The notes beneath the pieces were generated by a model that saw nothing but the letters and a program-made list of their open reading frames with translations, was not told the origin of the DNA and searched no databases. The position numbers and the translations under genes were made by a program. From assembly GCF_006345805.1 (NCBI RefSeq), contig NC_043012.1, positions 29,264,001-29,328,000 on the forward strand: 64,000 nt of DNA, read 5' to 3'. This document shows positions 39,545 through 51,528 of the stretch, piece after piece (the first letter of the stretch is position 1; every line of letters starts with the position of its first letter). The DNA is from Octopus sinensis (lineage: Eukaryota).

Positions 39545-40224
39545 TCTGTTTGACTTTTGCTTTACATTTGTACAAGTCTCATCCAGAGACCTCAAGAGAC
39601 AAGTTGGAAGTTCATGCTGGTGTTATGCCTAGGGTGCCATATATTTGGTTTTGTACTTAGTGTTGTACTAGTGAATGTCTAGAAAAAAACACCATACGAA
39701 AATTATGTTTGTTTTAAAACTTAAGATTACATAGAAAGTATTTTGCGTAGGATATGAGCAGTTCCCATGAGCACTATCTTTTGAATTTCTGCCATTTTGG
39801 GGTTTCCTGGTATCTGAGTTATGTAGCAATCAGCCCCTTTAGCTATCATTCTCAGGGCACCTGTGACAACAGGTATTGTTTTAGTCTTTGCCAATTTGCC
39901 AATTTCTATTTCAAGATCTTTATACTTGCTCAGTTTTTGGTAGGTCTTGATAGATACGTTTATATCGATTGGGACAGTCATATCAATGAGGAGGCATGTT
40001 TTTTATCTGAAGTCTTTTACTATGGTGTCTGGCCTATTTGCATCTATCTTTCTGTCAGTTTGAATGGTGAAGTTCTAGAGGAGTGAGATGTGATCATTTT
40101 CAAGCACTGGAGGTGGTTTGTGTTCCCACCAGTTTTTATCATGGGGCAAGTCCAGGCTTTTGCAAATCACCCAGTGAATATATTGTGCAGCTCTATCATG
40201 CCTGTTGAGATACTCTGTAGGCGC
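39545..40224 (-). mobile_element. Dong family A, 5'-truncated copy
   Basis: Homologous to 25205-25910 (RHDRAAQYIHW, RPD, IDMTVP, KLSKY); flanked by (TAT)n on both sides. Confidence 0.9.
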
Positions 40225-40291
<67 letters not shown>

Positions 40292-40301
40292 GTTGTTGTT
40301 G

Positions 40302-40362
<61 letters not shown>

Positions 40363-40870
40363 CATCATTATTATTATTATTATTTGCGTTCCTGAACGTG
40401 TGAGGAACCTCCTAATGTGACACCTTGGATCAATATGCATGTGGTTTATCACCATAAATTCATGACCAACTGTTAGGCACTGAAAATAGGTAGCATAAGG
40501 AGGCTTACTATTTATCCAGTGGTCGCTGCGATGACTATGTTTTTGCAAAGTTGGTATTAAGTGATACAAGAGGTTGATCAGAAGGAATGAAGACCTGACA
40601 CTACGCCTGTTTCGTGCTTTTATAGATGACATTAACACCATACCAGAAACAAGGAGTAGAATATATCCAAGCGCAGTGGGATGAGTTATACATTTCATGT
40701 CGACTGTACACCATACTAAAAAAAACATTTAAAAAATGTTTTGTCCATAATGCAGGCTCAGGGAATTTTGCTTTGGACTTGCGATGTAAGCTGGTTGCTG
40801 CAGTCAGGGAGAAGGCAATTAAGAGCATTATTCTCAATTCTTCCATTATTCTCAATTCTGCTATCTCTCT

Positions 40871-40920
<50 letters not shown>

Positions 40921-41134
40921 ACACACCACACACACAACACACACACACACACACACACACATATGCACACGTACATGCATACATACGTACGTACATACAC
41001 ACACACATATATATACAAATACTTAAAGGCACGCACGCGCATAAACACACATACCCGCACGCAGGAACGTACACACTCACACACACACATATAATCCTTC
41101 ACGAGAAAACAATGAAGCATTTTTATGGGGTAGC

Positions 41135-41180
<46 letters not shown>

Positions 41181-42978
41181 TGTATATATATATTTCCAAG
41201 CATATTTCGGAGGGAAGAAGGATCGTCCTTAAAAAAACCTCCAGCATCCTGCCCTAAACAGAGTTCATAGATCTCTCACCCGACCTCACCCAACCAACCC
41301 ACGAGCTCTCTCCTCTATTCTAAACCTCTTACATCGTAATTTGATCGGTAGTACAATTTGCTGAAACGATGATTTACTCTTTTTTTTAATTCTTTTGGCC
41401 AATGTTATATTTGATAAAATCATCAAAGTCTCAACTTTCAAGCATTAAAGATAATCGAGAAGTGTTCGAGCAAGACTCAGCCTGATCTAGCCACCAAGGG
41501 CGTAGCAAGTTCTTCGTTGTTTGGATTTTAGTGATTTAATTTGTATTTGACTTCTTTTTTGTACTTGTTATCGTTTTAGTTGCCGTTCTTCTTGTTTTTG
41601 TTTTTGTTGAAGAGTTTAAAGTCTTATGTGTAATTATAAGGAACAATTGCTTTATCTGGTAATTCGATAGGTTTTCCGTCTGTTTCTAAATTCTCACGGA
41701 TTCGGAGAAAATACAAGCCAATACTTCTCTAGTTATTTTAGATATGTTGTCAAGAAACGATCAGAAACAACATACACACATACACACACATACACATGTG
41801 GACATACAAACATATATATGTATGTGCGTGCGTATATACACGCACACACGCACACACACATATATTTGTGCGCGTGTATGCATGCATGCCTGTATGTATG
41901 TATGTATGTATGTATGTATGTATGTATGTATGTATGTATACATGTATGTATATAGATATGTATATATACACACACACTCACACACACACGCAAACACACA
42001 CACACACATGAATATAGAAATAGATATAGATACGCAGTTGTTTCAACAGTTTATTGGTTCCGAAACTCACCTTGTATATCGAAAACGTAAATCGTGAGAG
42101 GCATGTTTTTGGTGTTTTATGTTTAAAACAATCACAAACAATTCAGAGAATTATATCGTGAAATAGATATAATAAATACGATCATCGTACGTAGTTTCCT
42201 TGTATGTGCATACATACACTCTCATGCCAGAAAGAAAAATCGTGCGATCTGGCTCAAACTTCAATCACGTGACCGCAATAGTACCAACTATAAGCACGCA
42301 TGCACAGAAGGCAGTATAATAGTAATTAAGATATGTTATGGCTAAAGTGCGGATAATTTTTGACTTCTCGTATATATATATATTGAGAATTATCAATTGA
42401 ATTAGGTACTTAAGTTGAAGCACCAAGTCAGTCCGGTATTATCCGTACAACTCAAAATAAGGTGAATAAAATCAAAATATCCTTTAGCTTTAGATTTGGT
42501 AGCTGATAAAAAAAAGACTAATAAAGTGAACCACAATCATTTACAAGAAATGACCCTAACAAACTTCATACAGTTCTTAGAAGTGTAATATATTCTGAGT
42601 CACATAAGTAGCAACATGAACTTTCTACATCTTCTTGTTGTATTAGAGAATTTGAGTAAAATTATATCAATGTATCCAACTGATTAAAAACTTCTATTTA
42701 TTTATGTAGCTGAGGATAGTCCTGCATTTAAATTTATGTAATGATTGCATTGATCAATTAAATGGAGCCGCTTGCAACGGTCGTACTACATCACCTATTG
42801 ATATCCTGTTGCTTACACATACACACACACACACACACGACGTGCTTCCACACTGTTTCCGTCCACCAAATTCACTCGCAAAGTGTCTTTGTTGGGCTCA
42901 AGGCCTAATGAAGAGCTCTCCACAGAAACCAGCTTAAAAGCCGCCATATCGGGCGACTTTTAAGCTAGTATATATATA

Positions 42979-43035
<57 letters not shown>

Positions 43036-44047
43036 GAGTATATGTATATATGAGTATATGTATATCTTATGCACGAACTGAAGTAAAAGTAAACGTTGCC
43101 GAAAGTCAATAAGTGGCGAGGGATAAAATTCAAAAACATTCTTTCTATGTTATTATGTAAATGGTTGTGAGTCTCTCTTGATGCACCGTTTCTCGGTTTC
43201 TAGAGAAGTTGTACTCGTATCGATTGGGGATGGAAGCCAGCTGGGTCTTTCCCGGAAGTGGTCAATAAAGTTTGACATGACCGTTAAGAACCCCATTCTG
43301 TTTACTACACATAAATAACACAAAGAGAATATATTTACGGTCAGTTTTCATGCAGAGTAAAGCTTGGTAAGGTTTAAAGTTATTTCAGTTGTTCTGAATT
43401 CAGTTCTTCTTCCATACATAAAATAGATACTGTTTAAATAATGACGGGCTGTCAAAGGAAGAAGTATATAAATTAGGTTAACCATCATAGCCCTAATTTA
43501 GTATTGCCTTATATAGCAGGCCATGTAATTTTTAACTGGAAAATGAAACTGCAAGCTATGTCTCCTCTGAAGAGCAGTCAACCAGCGATGAAACGATCCA
43601 TTGAAAGGCTTCTCTCTCTTTCTTTCAATCAACCGTATAAAAAGAAAGTGCTTGCATTCTTATTTCACTGAGGCTTTGTAATATATATGCGTGTGTGTGT
43701 GTGTGTGTGTGTGTATGTATATATGTACATACATATATATACATATATGTATATACATACATATATACATATGTATATGCATACATATATACATGTTTAT
43801 ATGTATGTATATGTGTGTGTTTGAGTGTGTGTGTGTGTGTATCGATAATTAGACATGCCCACATAAGTAAATGCGTTTTTCGCATTGTGACTTGTATCGG
43901 TTACTTTGTACTACTTTTATGCTCATAGCGACTCACAACTCCACATCGATCTGAGCAAGGCCTCCTATAATTAGACCACACACTCGAATACATATATGGT
44001 GTGTGAGGATGCGCGTGGGCGAGTGCAAGTGTGTGTGTTTGTAAATC

Positions 44048-44079
<32 letters not shown>

Positions 44080-44344
44080 TGTATGTATGTATGTATGTAT
44101 GTATGTATGTATCTGAAGTTTTACCATGAGCATGCCCAAATGGGTTCTGGATATCGCACTGCTAAAAATAAATAACTATTATATAAAACTAACCTTGAAC
44201 CACATCATTTCGTTTAGCATTTACCGTGAAATCTCGGTAAAATAGTAATGTATGTTTATCATATTAAAACTCCTTTCATATTCGTTCGTGAAATTATTTA
44301 CAAATTTTAACCTTTTATAACCTACTCCTAAGTTTTTTTCTTTC

Positions 44345-44557
44345 TTTTATTTGTTTCAGTCATTAGACTCTGGCCATGCTGGGGCACTGCCTTGAATAAT
44401 TTTTAGTCGAACGAATCGATCCCAGTGCTTATTTTTTGTTAAGCCTGGTACTTATTCTATGGAGTCTTTTGCCGAACCGCTAAGTTACAGGGACGTAAAC
44501 ACCAACACCGGTTGTCAAGCGGTAGTGGGGGACAAACGCAGACACAAAGTCACACAC

Positions 44558-44607
<50 letters not shown>

Positions 44608-44770
44608 GCGATGCACGCAGACATATAGGTCTATTTACGACGGGTTATAGTTTCCGTCGACCAAACCCACTCACAAATCTTTAGTCGGCCCTAGACTATA
44701 GTAGAGGGCATTTGCCACGTAACCGGACTGAACCCAGAACCATGGCTTCTTACCACACACCCACGCCTGG
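44345..44770 (-). mobile_element. Composite SINE family C
   Basis: Homologous to 9925-10300. The minus-strand head is GGCGTGGGTGTGTGGTAAGAAGCC...GGTTCTGGGTTCAGTCC. Confidence 0.85.
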
Positions 44771-45316
44771 TAAACTTAATTCTATTCGGAACTCCTATAG
44801 TATTTTACTTTGTATATCCTATCCAATGTTTGAATCTCAACTGTAAGTTAAGTTTACAACAGTAGTAATATAATCTATTTTCGTGTGTGTTTGCTCTACA
44901 CTTAAATTTCTTATATGTTTCGATCATTCTTTGAATCAAAAGTAAAAGAAACTAAAAGTATTAGGGTGAAGATTAGAGACAGAGTGCATCAGTCTTGTTG
45001 CTGAAAGAGGCATTTTCCTTTTCAGTAAAATGTTTTTTTCGGTTTTGGAGATTCTAAACAGGGGTGCATTTGAGATTTGTTCAATCAGAAAGAGAAAAGA
45101 CACAATTTTCTCATTGTATTAAAATACTTGAAAATATGTCAGGCAAGCAGTTATTCCTGCATATGGAAAATATTTACAAGAATGTAAGGGTAACAGTAAT
45201 AGCAATGGAGTAGTGGTGATGCTCTATCTTCCATTGTTCTATTCAAGAAGAAAATGTTGCAGAGGAATCGACTCTAGAGGCTGAGTGGGATGTCGAACTG
45301 CCAAAAATTGTATACA

Positions 45317-45650
<334 letters not shown>

Positions 45651-45655
45651 ATATA

Positions 45656-46000
45656 CTAGCAGTATCGCCCGGCGTTGCTCGGGTTTGTTTCGACCCGCTG
45701 GAATTGTAATTTTGAAAAGTAAAAATTTTGTGAACAGTTTTCTGGTCGAAATACACCGAAAAGTGGCGACACAGCAGTGAAAAAATCGTAAAAAATAGGG
45801 ATTTTCATAGAAAAAAGCATCTTTTTGATGTAAATAATTTTTGGTGTTAACATGGTCCGATTTAAATTTTATGTTCTACGGAAGGAAGAGCAACCCTTCT
45901 TCTACCATACTCTCAATTTTGGTCAACTTGCGCCGCAGTGTCTCGGAGGAGATAGTGTTAGTTGAAGGTTACCATTCTAGGTGCCTGAGTAACAACCTCG
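45656..46000 (-). mobile_element. Non-autonomous Helitron, 3' end
   Basis: The minus strand has a GC hairpin CCCG-AGCAACGC-CGGG (45668-45683), 8 nt, then terminal CTAG (45659-45656) followed by T in a (TA)n tract. The 5' end is not defined. Confidence 0.65.
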
Positions 46001-47131
46001 CGGATTTACAGATAAATGAATTAATTACTATTTTACAGAATAAAATTAAATAATTCTTGAAAATTAATTAATATTAATATTTTTTGAACAAAGTAAATAA
46101 TTTTTAAAACTTAAATAATAATTTTTTTTACACAAACGCGAACGGGGAAAAGGGGGTGGCGAATTCGATTTACATACCTAAATTTTTTCTTTTTCATGAC
46201 ATTGTAGCAAAATAGTAGTGAATTATATAAATACCAGCAGTACATTTTTTTTTCTGGGGTATTTTTTTTCAACCTCGTCACATATTTGCCCCTTTCAATT
46301 TAAACAAAGTCTTAATTAAGCAATTACGGCAGCTTAGCAATGGTTTCAATACAGGCGTGACATCTGTATCTCAATTGTTCAAAACCCTTCGAATTTTTTC
46401 GCACGTGATGATATAGTGAAAACTTTCAATTACGCGCGCTTATTTCTGTCTTTCACTCTGTCTGTCTCTTTACACACACTAACAAAAGCACTTCACTTAC
46501 ACACCACACTTTCTGTGTCGCACAACCCATCAAACACACACACACACACACACTCACGCACGCACACATGTACATCAATGCTTTCGGAGTGAAATGTTAA
46601 AATATTGAGTTGTCTCGAATTTTGTCTTAATTGGTGGTAAAATTGAAAGAAATTTTTTATGGCATCACCCACTGAAGTACTCTGAAAAATCATGGGTACA
46701 CTCTAATTGAAGAAATTGTGTGAGGAGTAAATCGTTATGTATTTATTTGTTTCTGTTTGCTGTGTTTTTTTATTTTTTGAGTAGTGGTTTAAATACTTTC
46801 AGTTTAGTCTTCCTCAAATCACTCTGTCGCTATTTACTTACATTTTATTCGTTGCACACTGTGTGTGTGTGCGTGTGCGTGTGGTGTAAACCACATTAAG
46901 AAAAGCATTGACACACACACCAGAATGTGAGTTTTCTGTAAATTTTGCTTAATTGGAGTTTAAATTTTAAAAACTGGACCTGGCATGACCCGATGCATTC
47001 TACTCTTAAAAATGCTAGGTAAATTGTAATTGAAGAAATCCTATATTGTAGATTTCTATAACTTACAAGGGAGGCAGATAAAATCTGCCTTTTATAATAA
47101 GAGATATATATATATATTGTGTGTTGTGTTG

Positions 47132-47166
<35 letters not shown>

Positions 47167-47360
47167 GTGGTGTGTGTGTGTTGTATGTGTATATGTACGT
47201 ATGTATCAGTAAAGTTAATCGCTACATCAAAGTGGCTGTTCCATGTTACTACTAGTTTAACCCCAGGCAAATCTTCCGCTAGCTGCTTATCTGTGCGACG
47301 CTGCACCCTTTATCTATAATATATATTGATAACAGGGAGAGCGAACCCCTACCATCCTTT

Positions 47361-47412
47361 AGTAGACTGACTTAGTTTCGAGCTGCTTGGCTCATCATCA
47401 GTCGCGAGTACC
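47361..47412 (-). ncRNA. Hammerhead ribozyme-like motif (type I, likely defective)
   Basis: Minus strand: GA-CTGATGA-T-GAGC(CAAGCA)GCTC-GAAAC-TAA-GTC-AGTCTACT. The core and stem II are intact; the stem I register overlaps the core. Confidence 0.55.
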
Positions 47413-48008
47413 CGGTCACCAGAGCGATAGTCAGGGTCCGCTCCAGGCAGCAATAAGCCAGCTCCTGCGGAGGGCTAATTAGGTCTTCGGTCTCCAAAAA
47501 CGAATGGGGTAATAATAATAAAACATCTATTGGTATCCTACCATCTCAGATTTATATCACAGAATATCACATTCGGAAAATTTTGTATCACTGTGACATT
47601 CGGAAATCATCATTGTAAGACAGCAGGACGAACGTTCTTGGTTGACAGACAGAATGTCGCGTTTATTATTGTAGGTACAGAGGTAACTGTCACAAAGTTT
47701 TAGTATTAAATTCAAAAAGCTTTGGTCAAGTTTTTGATGCATAACGTCGTGTTTATTATTATAGCTAAGGAGATAACTCTCACAATCACTTTACTTGTAG
47801 ATGTAGCAGTCCAAATGCTCTAGCATCAGATCCCAATGTTGGTTGTCCACGAACCAAGTGAAGATCAGATTTTCAATCCCGGGATCATCCTGATTCCAAA
47901 AAGGTATATATGTCTTTATAGAGCAAATGTAGACTGAGATACAGGGGTCCAGTACAGATAGAATTTCACTCTCACACACACACACACAACACACACACAC
48001 ACACACAC

Positions 48009-48041
<33 letters not shown>

Positions 48042-48053
48042 TATATATATCAA

Positions 48054-48378
48054 TAGGAGCACTCCGTCGGTTACGACGACGAGGGTCCCAGCTGATACGA
48101 TCAACGGAACAGCCTGCTCATGAAATTAACATGCGAGTGACTGAGCACTCCACAGACACGTGTACCCTTAACGTAGTTCTCAGGGAGATTCAGCGTGACA
48201 CAGAATGTTACAAGGCCGGCCCTTTGAAATACAGGTGCAACTCATTTTTGTCCGCTGATTGGACTGGAGCAAAGTGAAATAAAATATCTTGCTCAAGGAC
48301 ACAACGCGTTGCCGGGAATCGAACTCACGACCTTACAATCGTGAGCCGAATGCACTAACCACTAAGCCACGCGCTTTC
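48054..48378 (-). mobile_element. SINE family B (in duplication unit 1)
   Basis: Reverse complement of 3106-3435. Confidence 0.9.
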
Positions 48379-48959
48379 ACTTACACACCACACACACACG
48401 CACACACACTCACGCACGCACACATGTACATCAATGCTTTCGGAGTGAAATGTTAAAATATTGAGTTGTCTCGAATTTTGTCTTAATTGGTGGTAAAATT
48501 GAAAGAAATTTTTTATGGCATCACCCACTGAAGTACTCTGAAAAATCATGGGTACACTCTAATTGAAGAAATTGTGTGAGGAGTAAATCGTTATGTATTT
48601 ATTTGTTTCTGTTTGCTGTGTTTTTTTATTTTTTGAGTAGTGGTTTAAATACTTTCAGTTTAGTCTTCCTCAAATCACTCTGTCGCTATTTACTTACATT
48701 TTATTCGTTGCACACTGTGTGTGTGCGTGTGCGTGTGGTGTAAACCACATTAAGAAAAGCATTTGACACACACACCAGAATGTGAGTTTTCTGTAAATTT
48801 TGCTTAATTGGAGTTTAAATTTTAAAAACTGGACCTGGCATGACCCGATGCATTCTACTCTTAAAAATGCTAGGTAAATTGTAATTGAAGAAATCCTATA
48901 TTGTAGATTTCTATAACTTACAAAGGGAGGCAGATAAAATCTGCCTTTTATAATAAGAG

Positions 48960-49025
<66 letters not shown>

Positions 49026-49218
49026 GTGGTGTGTGTGTGTGTATGTGTATATGTACGTATGTATCAGTAAAGTTAATCGCTACATCAAAGTGGCTGTTCC
49101 ATGTTACTACTAGTTTAACCCCAGGCAAATCTTCCGCTAGCTGCTTATCTGTGCGACGCTGCACCCTTTATCTATAATATATATTGATAACAGGGAGAGC
49201 GAACCCCTACCATCCTTT

Positions 49219-49270
49219 AGTAGACTGATTTAGTTTCGAGCTGCTTGGCTCATCATCAGTCGCGAGTACC
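49219..49270 (-). ncRNA. Duplicate hammerhead-like motif (GTC changed to ATC)
   Basis: Identical to 47361-47412 except for one substitution at 49229. Confidence 0.5.
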
Positions 49271-49827
49271 CGGTCACCAGAGCGATAGTCAGGGTCCGCT
49301 CCAGGCAGCAATAAGCCAGCTCCTGCGGAGGGCTAATTAGGTCTTCGGTCTCCAAAACGAATGGGGTAATAATAATAAAACATCTATTGGTATCCTACCA
49401 TCTCAGATTTATATCACAGAATATCACATTCGGAAAATTTTGTATCACTGTGACATTCGGAAATCATCATTGTAAGACAGCAGGACGAACGTTCTTGGTT
49501 GACAGACAGAATGTCGCGTTTATTATTGTAGGTACAGAGGTAACTGTCACAAAGTTTTAGTATTAAATTCAAAAAGCTTTGGTCAAGTTTTTGATGCATA
49601 ACGTCGTGTTTATTATTATAGCTAAGGGAGATAACTCTCACAATCACTTTACTTGTAGATGTAGCAGTCCAAATGCTCTAGCATCAGATCCCAATGTTGG
49701 TTGTCCACGAACCAAGTGAAGATCAGATTTTCAATCCCGGGATCATCCTGATTCCAAAAAGGTATAATATGTCTTTATAGAGCAAATGTAGACTGAGATA
49801 CAGGGGTCCAGTACAGATAGAATTTCA

Positions 49828-49903
<76 letters not shown>

Positions 49904-49906
49904 CAA

Positions 49907-50231
49907 TAGGAGCACTCCGTCGGTTACGACGACGAGGGTCCCAGCTGATACGATCAACGGAACAGCCTGCTCATGAAATTAACATGCGAGTGACTGAGCA
50001 CTCCACAGACACGTGTACCCTTAACGTAGTTCTCAGGGAGATTCAGCGTGACACAGAATGTTACAAGGCCGGCCCTTTGAAATACAGGTGCAACTCATTT
50101 TTGTCCGCTGATTGGACTGGAGCAAAGTGAAATAAAATATCTTGCTCAAGGACACAACGCGTTGCCGGGAATCGAACTCACGACCTTACAATCGTGAGCC
50201 GAATGCCCTAACCACTAAGCCACGCGCTTTC
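49907..50231 (-). mobile_element. SINE family B (in duplication unit 2)
   Basis: Reverse complement of 3106-3435. Confidence 0.9.
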
Positions 50232-50249
50232 ACTTACACACACACACAC

Positions 50250-50287
<38 letters not shown>

Positions 50288-50500
50288 GCACGCACCACAC
50301 ACACACACACACACACACAGATATATATGTATATAATTAGGGTTAAGCAACAAGTTGCTTAACCACATACCGAAAATTTAGAAATAGCAGGCAAAGACCG
50401 CTTATTCCTATTTACTAAAGATATAGCTCCACAAATAACATTAGTTGTAACTCACATAGGCAAAAGAAGGAAAATAACAAAATCAAACAGTCTTCGGTGA

Positions 50501-50559
50501 GTTGTGGACGCGTTTCTGGGTTAGAATTATAAAGAATTCATTCCCGTCATCAGCACAAC
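50501..50559 (-). ncRNA. Type I hammerhead ribozyme, near-intact
   Basis: Minus strand: GTTGTG-CTGATGA-CGGG...GAATT(CTTTAT)AATTC...CCCA-GAAAC-GC-GTC-CACAAC. It has a 6-bp stem I, a full core, an extended stem II, palindromic ACGCGT stem III and a GUC triplet. Confidence 0.85.
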
Positions 50560-50880
50560 ATTCCAGTAAATTATAGATTTGCAAATGCTATTAACCTACC
50601 TCTTACATCCCGATCCCGCGCCATCGGAGGTAACAGAAGATAGTCAGCACAAACCAAATCCATATAGACGAATGAATTCATATTTCCCCTCCAAGATTAC
50701 CATGTGCGTTACAAAATAGTACCGCAGAAAGAGAACTGTGGTTTGTTATAAGAGAGTGAAAAATTTTATTATTAATAATATAAGGGTAAATAATTATTAA
50801 TTTTAAAAATATATATATATATATATCCTATATATAATATATATATATTTAAAAAAAGGAGATGTCGAACACGAGTGGTG

Positions 50881-51077
50881 ATATATAAAAAAGGAAATGA
50901 AGAAAATGCTGACAAATATTGAAGTAATTTAAGTAATTTATTAGTGAAAGTTCTTTTTACCGCTGCGCATTTGTTATGCTTATCAAATATATAAGCATAA
51001 CAAATGCGCAACCGGTAAAAGAATTTCACCTAATTAAATTACTTAAATTACTTCAATTATTCAGCATTTTCTTCATT

Positions 51078-51090
<13 letters not shown>
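50881..51090. repeat. Foldback: ~103-bp inverted arms, 7-nt spacer
   Basis: Arms 50881-50983 and 50991-51090 flank the spacer CAAATAT; they differ mostly by indels. Confidence 0.9.
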
Positions 51091-51157
<67 letters not shown>

Positions 51158-51230
51158 CCGGAGTAAACCCTAAATGTGAAACAAGTTTGGAAAAAAGAGA
51201 CTCAAATACCAGTGGTAGAGTAATATGCTT

Positions 51231-51451
51231 TATTTTAAGCAGCAGAAAATTCAACAAAATCTGTTACCTGAGTTTCTCGTTGCCGTTCATTACAGTTTTT
51301 GCTAGAAGGAACATAATTTAATATATATTGTTCATTCTAGCAAATATATATATTTAGGATTAATATATATTGCCATTCTAGCAAAATGTCTGATGAGGCA
51401 ACGAGAAACTCAGAGTAACAGATTTTGTTGAATTTTCTGCTGCTTAAAATA
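51231..51451. repeat. Inverted pair of PLE-type terminal-repeat fragments, each with a damaged hammerhead
   Basis: Arms 51231-51307 and 51376-51451. Plus copy: TGT-CTGATGA-GGCAACGA-GAAAC-TCAGA-GTA-ACA. Minus copy: CTGT-AATGA-ACG(GCAA)CGA-GAAAC-TCAG-GTA-ACAG. Confidence 0.75.
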
Positions 51452-51497
51452 GTATATATAGATATATAGATAGTTAGATAGATATATAGATAGATAG

Positions 51498-51528
<31 letters not shown>

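Larger units (their letters stand above)
46534..50242. repeat. Head-to-tail tandem duplication, unit ~1855 bp
   Basis: Unit 1 is ~46534-48389 and unit 2 is ~48390-50242. The offset is 1856 at the left and 1853 at the right. The junction lies inside a (CA)n tract. Confidence 0.95.

Noticed and set aside
47557-48039. ~140-codon minus-strand frame with one stop and an internal repeat (CxSYLxxYNNKxD)
   Set aside because: The frame is not preserved in duplication unit 2, no domain is recognised, and the repeat is equally explained at DNA level by short tandem repeats.
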